This document shows, one piece after another, positions 27,567 to 35,768 of a stretch of 46,105 bases of DNA. The DNA is from an uncultured Pirellulales bacterium (GTDB lineage Bacteria; Planctomycetota; Phycisphaerae; Sedimentisphaerales; Anaerobacaceae), in NCBI GenBank assembly GCA_964400665.1, contig CAYNVP010000001.1, positions 1-46,105 of the forward strand, in the 5' to 3' direction. The notes beneath the pieces were generated by a model. That model saw only the letters and a program-made list of their open reading frames with translations. It was not told the DNA's origin and made no database searches. Each line of letters opens with the position of its first letter. The stretch's first letter is position 1. The position numbers and the translations under genes are program-made.

Positions 27567-27598
27567 CAGACATTCTTGGAGGATATTAAAGTAGTATC

Positions 27599-28654
27599 AT
27601 GGCAAATTCGGATCACAAGAAGAGACATTCCATGTTATTGTTTATTGCCTGCTTTACAGTGGTAGTTTTTGTAATGCTTTTTGCCAATTGGCAATCTTTG
27701 CTTGTGAGAGAGGTCCGTTTTCAGCAGAACAATGGCGTTGCTTACCTGTTTACACGCGGGAGTTATCTGGTTGCGGTCTGTCACGACGGCAAGGTTTATG
27801 TGTGGGATTGGGACAATCTGTCAGCCAAGCCGGGAATTGTCGACGCGCAGTCCGATCAAGCCGCTTTGCTGGAGTCGGGTCGTGTGGTATCAGTCCGGCA
27901 GTCAAATGCAAGGAAGATTGTCGTATCAGAATTGGACGACGGAAAGGTGTATAAAGAAATACCTATTGCAGCTGAAGATAAACAGGTGCGCTTGGTAGTC
28001 AACCGCAGCGGCGAGACCGTGGTGGTTATGCTCGCCGATGCGAGCAGCGGGACAAGCAGCGGCGACCAGGAAGTGATGCTGTTGGATTGTGATGCTGGCC
28101 TGGTTCGTCCAATCGCTAATCTGGCGGAGGCGGCAGAGGACCGAATAATGGGTTTGGCTGTTTCGGATGATGGCGGCCTTGTCGTGCTGGCGGGTGAGAA
28201 AGACGGGCAAGGGTATGTAGTCCTGGTCAACATGGAACAAAAGCGAGCATCCTGGGCTCAAATATTGCCTGACCTGCAGAAAGTGCGCAGCACCGTTTTC
28301 TCCACGGATGGCAAAGTCATTTATATTAGAGGCACAGACAGCACCGTGCAGACACTGAACGCCGAGACCGGCAGTGTCATTAAGAAGTTACTGCCTGTTA
28401 AAGAAAATAGGAGCACTGCAGGCGACCAGAACGTTCAAACGCTGGCGACCAGTGACGACGGGCGTTTCATGGCAGCCAGCATTTCAAGTGCCGTTTATGT
28501 GTGGGATTGCAAAACACAGAAGCTTGTTTTCAGTAAAGGGCCGGGGCATAAGGTGGTCAGCGGGCTGACGTTTTCGCCGGATTCAAAATTTCTGGCGACA
28601 AGTGACACCAGACAGGGCGGCACAATCAAAATCTGGCGTGTTCCAAAACGCTGA
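27599..28654 (+). CDS. Membrane-anchored WD40 / beta-propeller repeat protein
   Basis: N-terminal TM segment LLFIACFTVVVFVMLFANW. Repeats end in VYVWDWDN, VYVWDCKT and GGTIKIWRV. Confidence 0.7.
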   Translation: MANSDHKKRHSMLLFIACFTVVVFVMLFANWQSLLVREVRFQQNNGVAYLFTRGSYLVAVCHDGKVYVWDWDNLSAKPGIVDAQSDQAALLESGRVVSVRQSNARKIVVSELDDGKVYKEIPIAAEDKQVRLVVNRSGETVVVMLADASSGTSSGDQEVMLLDCDAGLVRPIANLAEAAEDRIMGLAVSDDGGLVVLAGEKDGQGYVVLVNMEQKRASWAQILPDLQKVRSTVFSTDGKVIYIRGTDSTVQTLNAETGSVIKKLLPVKENRSTAGDQNVQTLATSDDGRFMAASISSAVYVWDCKTQKLVFSKGPGHKVVSGLTFSPDSKFLATSDTRQGGTIKIWRVPKR

Positions 28655-28671
28655 TTGGCTGCGGGACGTAA

Positions 28672-29316
28672 ATGGACGGGACAATTCAGCATTTTGTAAA
28701 GCGCACAATCGATGTTATTGCAAGCATCGTGGGACTGGTAGTACTAAGTCCTTTGATTGTAATACTGGCAGTGATAGTGCGTGTGAAACTCGGCTCGCCG
28801 GTATTGTTCAGGCAACAGCGTCCCGGGCTTGCCGGCAGGCCGTTTTGGCTTTTCAAATTTCGCACTATGACCGACCAGTGCAATGCAGCTGGCCGGTTGT
28901 TGCCGGACGAGCAGCGTCTGCCGGCGTTTGGGCATTTCCTGCGAAGCACGAGCTTGGATGAGCTGCCTGAGCTTTTCAACGTCTTAAAAGGTGATATGAG
29001 CATTGTCGGCCCCCGGCCGCTTATGCTGAAATACCTTGGCAGATATACGCCTGAGCAGGCCAGACGTCACGAGACCAAGCCCGGCATCACCGGCTGGGCG
29101 CAAATTAACGGTCGAAACGCAATCTCGTGGGAAGACAGGTTTAAGCTTGATGTCTGGTACGTTGACAACTGGAGCTTGTGGCTCGATTTGAAGATACTGG
29201 CCAGGACCATTATATTGGTGTTCAAAAGAGAAGGGATTACTCAACAGGGCAGAGCAACTATGGATGAGTTTATGGGGACACCTCAACCAACACAAAAGGA
29301 TCCGCCGAGATGCTGA
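28672..29316 (+). CDS. Small monotopic phosphoglycosyl transferase (PglC/WbaP-C-terminal-type sugar transferase), initiating enzyme
   Basis: KRTIDVIASIVGLVVLSPL re-entrant helix, LDELPELFNVLKGDMSIVGPRP and PGITGWAQINGR motifs. Confidence 0.9.
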   Translation: MDGTIQHFVKRTIDVIASIVGLVVLSPLIVILAVIVRVKLGSPVLFRQQRPGLAGRPFWLFKFRTMTDQCNAAGRLLPDEQRLPAFGHFLRSTSLDELPELFNVLKGDMSIVGPRPLMLKYLGRYTPEQARRHETKPGITGWAQINGRNAISWEDRFKLDVWYVDNWSLWLDLKILARTIILVFKREGITQQGRATMDEFMGTPQPTQKDPPRC

Positions 29317-30557
29317 CCTACGAGCAGATTAAAGATATCGAGTCGCGGTTCGGCTCGCCGTTTTATATCTTTGATGAAGCAGCTTTTGTGAAGAATTACG
29401 ACGATATAATGTCGGCATTCTCACGCAGGTACGAAAAATTTATATTGGCCTATTCCTATAAAACCAACTACATCCCCTATTTATGCAGGATTATCAAATC
29501 AAAGGGAGGATTTGCTGAAGTCGTGTCGCGGATGGAATATGACCTCGCCTTACGCATAGGTCAAGACCCAAAGAAAATCATCTTCAATGGACCTGTGAAA
29601 AGCTACGACGATATAGAGCTCACGCTAAAAAATGAAAGTATCGTTAATCTGGATTCGGAGTACGAGCTTGATTATGTACGAAGATACGCAGCCGACAATC
29701 CCGGCAAGAAGGTAAAGGTGGGGCTTAGGATAAACATCGATTTAACGGATGAAAATGGTGTGTCGCACTTGTATGAGGGTATGCGCGCGGGCAGATTCGG
29801 TTTTTCAACGGAGGGTGATAACATTGCAGGGATTATTTCGGAATTGAGCCGAGCAGACAATGTAACAATTAACTGTTTGCATGGGCATAGTTCTGCCTGG
29901 GACAGAAGCGTCTGGTGCTATGAAAAAATAACAAGAACGCTATGCGATATCGGCTCACGGTATACGCCGGAAACAGTCGAATACATCGACATCGGCGGGG
30001 GGATATACGGCTATATACCGCCTCAGATGAAGCGAGTGCAGACGCCCAATTTTGACGACTACGCCAAGGGCGTCTGCGATGTTTTGATGGGCAACCCCTG
30101 GTTTAAACGCCGCCGACCTTATCTTGTTCTTGAGCCGGGCGTTGCTATGGCCGCCAATACGATTAGCTACGTGACTAAGGTTGTCAGCGTCAAGACCATA
30201 AAAGGCCAGGTGTTCGTAACCGTGGACGGCAGCGCGTTTCATACCAAGCCCACCTTTCACAAGATAAATAATCCCAGCATCGTGATTAGCAAGGCCAACG
30301 GGGGACAGCGAGGTGTGTATAACGTGGTGGGCGCAACGTGTATGGAAAAGGATTACTTGCTGACGGATGTCGAAGGCGTTTTACCTAAGCGCGATGATTA
30401 TATCAAGATTGACAGCGTCGGGGCATATACGATTGTTCTTTCGCCGACATTTATACACGCTGCGCCTGCGATAGTGGTCGGGCAGGGCGGGCAGTATAAA
30501 CAAATCCGAAGGAAGCAGAACTTGATGGATATGTTCGGTTGCTACTCGTTCGATTGA
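29310..30557 (+). CDS. PLP-dependent decarboxylase, Orn/DAP/Arg decarboxylase family 2 (alanine-racemase fold)
   Basis: FGSPFYIFDE, YSYKTN (PLP lysine), IDIGGGIYG and CMEKDYL motifs. It overlaps the upstream gene by 7 nt. Confidence 0.8.
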   Translation: MLTYEQIKDIESRFGSPFYIFDEAAFVKNYDDIMSAFSRRYEKFILAYSYKTNYIPYLCRIIKSKGGFAEVVSRMEYDLALRIGQDPKKIIFNGPVKSYDDIELTLKNESIVNLDSEYELDYVRRYAADNPGKKVKVGLRINIDLTDENGVSHLYEGMRAGRFGFSTEGDNIAGIISELSRADNVTINCLHGHSSAWDRSVWCYEKITRTLCDIGSRYTPETVEYIDIGGGIYGYIPPQMKRVQTPNFDDYAKGVCDVLMGNPWFKRRRPYLVLEPGVAMAANTISYVTKVVSVKTIKGQVFVTVDGSAFHTKPTFHKINNPSIVISKANGGQRGVYNVVGATCMEKDYLLTDVEGVLPKRDDYIKIDSVGAYTIVLSPTFIHAAPAIVVGQGGQYKQIRRKQNLMDMFGCYSFD

Positions 30558-30558
30558 A

Positions 30559-31113
30559 ATGAGCCCATCGAGGAATCAGGAACAAATGAGAATAGTCGGG
30601 CAAAAGGTGGCGTTGCGAGAGATGGAAAAGGCCGACGTTGCGCACAAGGTCAAATGGTTTAACGACCCGGATGTCAACAAAACGCTGCTTATGGAGGAAA
30701 AGCTCGAACTGGACAAATCGCTTGAGTGGTTCGAGCAAACGAGAAACGACGCCTCGAGACGCGATTTTGTAATTGAAACGAGCGAAGGCAAGCCGATAGG
30801 CATTATAGCTTTGGTGCATATAAGCGATGTTCACAAGACGGCGGAGATTTATATTGTGATTGGCGAGAAGGATTACTGGGGTAAAGGCGTAATGCTCGAA
30901 GCCGAATCTCTCCTTATTGACTGGGCGTTCAACTTTTTGAAACTCGAAAAAATCTGGGCCGATGTTTACCCGAACAATATAGCCAGTATAATTACAATGA
31001 AAAAACTTGGTTTTCAAATCGAAGGAACTTTACGAAGAGAAAAAAAAATACGAGGCCTGAGAATCGACGTCATTCGCGTAGGCCTTCTAAGAGAAGAATT
31101 TAACCCGAGATGA
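30559..31113 (+). CDS. GNAT family N-acyltransferase (RimJ/PseH-like)
   Basis: The pattern LREMEKADVAHKVKWFNDPDVNKTL...WGKGV is typical of this GNAT subgroup. It starts 1 nt after the upstream stop. Confidence 0.7.
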   Translation: MSPSRNQEQMRIVGQKVALREMEKADVAHKVKWFNDPDVNKTLLMEEKLELDKSLEWFEQTRNDASRRDFVIETSEGKPIGIIALVHISDVHKTAEIYIVIGEKDYWGKGVMLEAESLLIDWAFNFLKLEKIWADVYPNNIASIITMKKLGFQIEGTLRREKKIRGLRIDVIRVGLLREEFNPR

Positions 31114-31505
31114 ACCTTCATCATATCGCCTATGTTTGTAAAAATGTGGAGGAAAAAGCCAGGTCGCTTTGCGAGCAGTTTGGCTTTAAAATAATATCCG
31201 AACCCGTTGTAGATGAATATCAGGGCGCTAAAATTCTGTTTGTTCAAACCGGGGACGGAACCAAAGTCGAGCTTCTTGAACCTTATGGAGAAAACAGCCC
31301 CGTCAGGAAACACCTGGATAAAGGCGGCGGACTATATCACTTCTGTTTCGAGGTCGAAGACCTCACGAAAACACTTGAAACAATAACGTGTGATAATAAA
31401 GCTTTCGTAGTCAGGCCGCCTGCGAAGGCGCCTGCGATGAAAAATAAAAAAGTCGCTTTTATCGTAACGGCGGAAAAAGACATTGTTGAATTTGTCGAAA
31501 AATGA
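31110..31505 (+). CDS. VOC-superfamily protein, methylmalonyl-CoA-epimerase-like
   Basis: LHHIAYVCKN and GGLYHFCFEVEDL metal-ligand segments. Length is 131 aa. ATGA overlap with the GNAT gene. Confidence 0.65.
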   Translation: MNLHHIAYVCKNVEEKARSLCEQFGFKIISEPVVDEYQGAKILFVQTGDGTKVELLEPYGENSPVRKHLDKGGGLYHFCFEVEDLTKTLETITCDNKAFVVRPPAKAPAMKNKKVAFIVTAEKDIVEFVEK

Positions 31506-31522
31506 CTTCGTTGAGCCGATAA

Positions 31523-33271
31523 ATGAGATTATCCGCGATTGCAAAAACTTTAAAATCAAACGGCTGGCTCGCCTTCAGGCGCATAGCCGAACAAATCAGT
31601 CAGGCGGTTCTCAATAAAACTGCCAAGAACAGCCATAAATTAAAAGTGGCTTTTGTCAGCTCGTATACGGTCGACCCTTTGATTGATTATCTTGTTGTAA
31701 AGGCAGCCGAAAATGATATTGCATTGGATATTTATAAAGGCGAATACGGCCAAATAAACCGGGAAATACTTGACTTTAAAAGCGGTCTTTATAAGTTCAA
31801 TCCGGATATTACAATTCTTGCGGCGGAGTCGGGCGGCATCGACGCAAATCCGGTCCTGGCTGCGGAACAGATAATTAAGCTGGCTCAGGTTTTTAAGGAC
31901 AATTCAAAAAATGTACTTGTTGTATGCACCTTTATTTCACCGCCTGCCTGGCCTTTGCATATCCTCGAAACAGAAACCGAAATATCCTGCCGTAATGCCA
32001 ATAATCTATTAAAGGAAAAATTTCAGGATGACCCACGGGTACAAGTGCTGGGTGTTGACGCTCTGGCGGCGTACTTTGGATACCGTAACGCGTTGTCGCC
32101 GGAAATGATGAATATGGCCAGGATACCCTTCAGCGAGCCGTTCCTTGAGCTGCTCTCGCTTAAAGTAATGTCCCTTATAAAAGCAAGATTGAACCTGATA
32201 AAGAAATGCCTCGTGCTGGATTGCGACAATACGCTTTGGGGCGGCATTATCGGCGAAGACGGCATCGACGGGATAACCCTCGGGCCGGATTGGCCGGGAC
32301 GCGAATACGTTAATTTCCAAAAAGCAGTCCTCGAGCTCTATCAGCAGGGCGTCATTCTGGCGATTAACAGTAAGAATAACGAGCAGGACGTGATGCAGGT
32401 CCTGCGGGAACACCCGCATATGATACTTAAGGAAGAGCATTTCGCGTCCATCATTGTGAACTGGGACCCCAAGCCGCAAAATATGGTCAAACTTGCCGAC
32501 CAGATGAATATCGGTCTGGACAGTTTGGTTTTTGTCGATGACAATCCGGCCGAACGGCAGCTTATGCGCCAGATGCAGCCGCAGGTCGAGGTCCTGGAAA
32601 TGCCGGACAATCCCGCCTTGTTTGAAAAAACGCTTAGGGAAACGTCCTTTTTCGCAAAGGCATCTTTGACCGAAGAGGATAAAAAACGAGGCGAGATTTA
32701 TGCCGCCCAGCGCAAGCGAAAGGAGCTGCAAAAAAGCTTCGTATCATTAGATGATTTCCTGAAGTCCCTCGAGATGGTTTGTTCGATTCGGCTGGCAGAG
32801 GAAAAAGATACAAAACGGGCCGCCCAGCTAACCCAGCGAACGAATCAGTTCAATCTGACAACTCGCCGCTATAGCGAAGCGGATATCACGGGCTTATTGG
32901 CAAATCCTGATTGGCGGATTTATGTTCTTGGGTTGAAAGACAAGTTCGGCGATAATGGGACGGTTGGACTGGCTTTAGTGGAGACGGGGGCGAAGTTTTG
33001 GCGCGTGGATACTTTCTTAATGAGCTGCCGGGTTATAGGCAGACAGGTTGAAGACGCGCTGGTGGACCGGATATGCCGGGATGCAATCGAAACCGGCTGC
33101 GTTAAAGTCGCCGCGGAATACATTCCCACGGCCAAAAATAATCCGGCGGCTGATTTCTGGGACAAAAGCGGTTTCAGGAAATTGGCGTCTGAGAAAAATG
33201 CCGCCTGCTACGAGATGCTTTTGAAAGAATATAAACCGAAGACCCTGAAATATCTTGACTGGAGAAGGTAA
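31523..33271 (+). CDS. FkbH-like HAD-IIIC phosphatase / acyl-loading enzyme
   Basis: The HAD motif I LDCDNTLWGG is present. So is the C-terminal FkbH-type segment FLMSCRVIGRQVE, which carries the conserved Cys. Length is 582 aa. Confidence 0.8.
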   Translation: MRLSAIAKTLKSNGWLAFRRIAEQISQAVLNKTAKNSHKLKVAFVSSYTVDPLIDYLVVKAAENDIALDIYKGEYGQINREILDFKSGLYKFNPDITILAAESGGIDANPVLAAEQIIKLAQVFKDNSKNVLVVCTFISPPAWPLHILETETEISCRNANNLLKEKFQDDPRVQVLGVDALAAYFGYRNALSPEMMNMARIPFSEPFLELLSLKVMSLIKARLNLIKKCLVLDCDNTLWGGIIGEDGIDGITLGPDWPGREYVNFQKAVLELYQQGVILAINSKNNEQDVMQVLREHPHMILKEEHFASIIVNWDPKPQNMVKLADQMNIGLDSLVFVDDNPAERQLMRQMQPQVEVLEMPDNPALFEKTLRETSFFAKASLTEEDKKRGEIYAAQRKRKELQKSFVSLDDFLKSLEMVCSIRLAEEKDTKRAAQLTQRTNQFNLTTRRYSEADITGLLANPDWRIYVLGLKDKFGDNGTVGLALVETGAKFWRVDTFLMSCRVIGRQVEDALVDRICRDAIETGCVKVAAEYIPTAKNNPAADFWDKSGFRKLASEKNAACYEMLLKEYKPKTLKYLDWRR

Positions 33272-34120
33272 ATGGAATCCAAAATACAGCAAAAATGTGT
33301 GGCTTGTGAAAGCACGCAAAATATTCCGATTAATCTCAAATCCGGCTATGAAGGAAGAAAATGCCGGAATTGCAATCTTGTATGGGCGGTAAACGCTCTG
33401 GGCACAAAACAATTATATGATTCAGCGTATGATAAAAACTCAGAATGGTTTGTCTGGCAAAATTACATAAACGCCCATCAAAAAGTGAAATCGACACAAC
33501 GGGCTTCGCTTAACTGGTCTGAAAATTATTTTTTGAAAAAAATTAAACCCTTCGGCTCAAAGAATCTTCTTGAGATAGGATGCAGTGTCGGCAGGTTTCT
33601 TTTTGGATGCAGGGATAACGGCTGGCAAATCCATGGTTTAGATATCAGCAGTAAAGCAATTGAGATGTCTAAAAATCTTTTGCCGGGCGGTGATTATCAG
33701 ATCGGAACTGTCGAAGAGTCAAAGTGGCCGGAAGAAAGTTTTGAAGCAATCACATGCTGGGAAGTGATAGAACATGTAAGCGACCCTTTTATTTTTGTAA
33801 GTAAAGTGAAAGAATTGCTTGTGAAGAACGGTTTTTTCGCTTTCAGCACGCCTGACTGGGATAACTGGATTATTCGTAAACATTCCCAGAAAAATTACTG
33901 GCCGCCTTACCATAACTGGTTTTTCAGCGAAAAAAATATTAATGCGCTGCTTGGGAGGGCCGGCTTAAAAATAATAGAAATAAAACGACGTCCTTTCCCG
34001 TGGTCTGAGACCTGGTGGCCGCGCTGGCGGAGAGTTTTATCCTTACCATGGCTTGTTTATAAGGGTGTGATTTTAGGCCAGGGAGGAGGGAGAATTACTG
34101 TCTTGGCGAAAAAATCATAA
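33272..34120 (+). CDS. Class I SAM-dependent methyltransferase with an N-terminal Cys4 zinc-ribbon
   Basis: CVACES...CRNCNL followed by motif I LLEIGCSVGRFL. The ATG directly abuts the FkbH-like TAA. Confidence 0.7.
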   Translation: MESKIQQKCVACESTQNIPINLKSGYEGRKCRNCNLVWAVNALGTKQLYDSAYDKNSEWFVWQNYINAHQKVKSTQRASLNWSENYFLKKIKPFGSKNLLEIGCSVGRFLFGCRDNGWQIHGLDISSKAIEMSKNLLPGGDYQIGTVEESKWPEESFEAITCWEVIEHVSDPFIFVSKVKELLVKNGFFAFSTPDWDNWIIRKHSQKNYWPPYHNWFFSEKNINALLGRAGLKIIEIKRRPFPWSETWWPRWRRVLSLPWLVYKGVILGQGGGRITVLAKKS

Positions 34121-34142
34121 TCGCACGTTATTACGGTTATAT

Positions 34143-34373
34143 ATGTATAAGCAATTAGAGAAAATATTCCACCAGGCGTTCGGCGTCGATAAAGTCGACG
34201 AGTCAATGTCAATAAATAACGTCACGGGCTGGGACTCGATGGCCCACGTGGGATTGATTCTTTCGCTGCAGAAGGAATTCAAAGTGTCCATCTCCCCTGC
34301 GGATGCAATAAATTTGACCAGCGTAAAAGATATCATCCGGTATCTGATGAATCGAGGAGTTCCGCAGGAGTAA
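34143..34373 (+). CDS. Acyl carrier protein
   Basis: 76 aa with GWDSMAHVGLILSL, where the DS motif carries the phosphopantetheine serine. Confidence 0.75.
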   Translation: MYKQLEKIFHQAFGVDKVDESMSINNVTGWDSMAHVGLILSLQKEFKVSISPADAINLTSVKDIIRYLMNRGVPQE

Positions 34374-34437
34374 TTGATTGAAGCCCTCGACTAACCTTTC
34401 CGGCAACACAACAACAAATTTTTTATAGCGGGGAATT

Positions 34438-35748
34438 ATGATTGACCGAGAAAAACGGCCTGATGCCGGCGATAAGATAAAGACCGTTGCTGTTCTCGGC
34501 GCAAGCGGTACCATAGGAAGTCTTGCGGGTGGGCTGATTGCGCAAAACGGCCTTAAAGTTTATTTTCTGAGCCGCACTAAGGAGGGTTCTGAGCGAGGCC
34601 TGCAAAAAGCGATAGCACAAGCGCGTTCGGAAATGATAGCACATAACGTCGTATGCGGGGACTATGAGCGGCTGTTTGCCGATGCCCTCGCCGAGGCGGA
34701 CTGGGTAGTCGAGGCGATCGCCGAAGATGTCGGCATAAAACAGAAGATGCACGAACAGGTCGAGGTGTATAGAAAGCCGCACGCAATAGTCAGCTCAACA
34801 ACGTCGAGTTTGCCGTTGTCAACGCTGGTGCAGGGACGCAACGAGGATTTCAAAAGGCATTTTCTTTCGACTCACTTTTACAATCCGCCGGGTCGATTGC
34901 CCGCCTGCGAGCTGACAGGGATTGAACAAACACAGCCGGACGTTGTGGATTTTATGCGGCATTTTCTCACAAAGCGGCTAAGGCGCGTTGTTATACCCGT
35001 GAAGAATATTGCCGGCTTTGCCGGAAATCGAATTGCGTTTTTGCTTTTCAGTCGGATTACTTCACTGGCCCGTGAATTCGGCGTGGAGATGATGGACTAC
35101 CTCATTGGGCCATATACAGGCCGGCTGATGCCGCCCCTGGCCACCCTCGATTTGGTCGGATTGGACATCCACAAGGCAATTATCAGCAGCCTGGATGCAA
35201 ATACCAGCGACCCGATGCACAACTGGCTGTCGGTGCCCGGTTACATCAATACGATGATTCAAAGAAATCTGTTGGGCAAAAAGACGGGGGGCGGTTTCTA
35301 CAAGAAGCTTGAGAGCGGCAAATGCGTGTTCCTGGACCCTGTTAGCTGCGATTATATACCTGCCATAGAGCCGCATGTGGCGTTCGTTGAAAAAGCAAAA
35401 CACTTCATTCGTATGGGGATGTATAAGAAGGCCTTTGAGACAATACTGTCTGCCCAGGGAAAAGAGGCAGAGGTCGTTAAGGATATCCTGTGCGCGTATG
35501 TTGCATATTCGTATTCTCTCATAGGAGAGGTTACAGACAGCCGGATTGGTATCGATGGAATCGACAAGGTAATGTCTTATGGATTTCACTGGGCGGCCCC
35601 GAGCGTGATTGTGGAGATGCTCGGCGGCTGCAAAACAGCAGCTAAATTGCTTGCCGAGAGAAAATTGCCCGTCCCGCAAGGTCTGCTTAGCGACTTGAAA
35701 TCGGGCTTTAGAATTACCAACTCCGGCAAGTACTTCGTTGCCAAATAA
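34438..35748 (+). CDS. 3-hydroxyacyl-CoA dehydrogenase family protein (long form)
   Basis: VAVLGASGTIGS Rossmann motif, HFYNPP and the 3HCDH C-terminal domain pattern. Confidence 0.75.
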   Translation: MIDREKRPDAGDKIKTVAVLGASGTIGSLAGGLIAQNGLKVYFLSRTKEGSERGLQKAIAQARSEMIAHNVVCGDYERLFADALAEADWVVEAIAEDVGIKQKMHEQVEVYRKPHAIVSSTTSSLPLSTLVQGRNEDFKRHFLSTHFYNPPGRLPACELTGIEQTQPDVVDFMRHFLTKRLRRVVIPVKNIAGFAGNRIAFLLFSRITSLAREFGVEMMDYLIGPYTGRLMPPLATLDLVGLDIHKAIISSLDANTSDPMHNWLSVPGYINTMIQRNLLGKKTGGGFYKKLESGKCVFLDPVSCDYIPAIEPHVAFVEKAKHFIRMGMYKKAFETILSAQGKEAEVVKDILCAYVAYSYSLIGEVTDSRIGIDGIDKVMSYGFHWAAPSVIVEMLGGCKTAAKLLAERKLPVPQGLLSDLKSGFRITNSGKYFVAK

Positions 35749-35768
35749 ACGTATAAGAGAGTGAGCAG

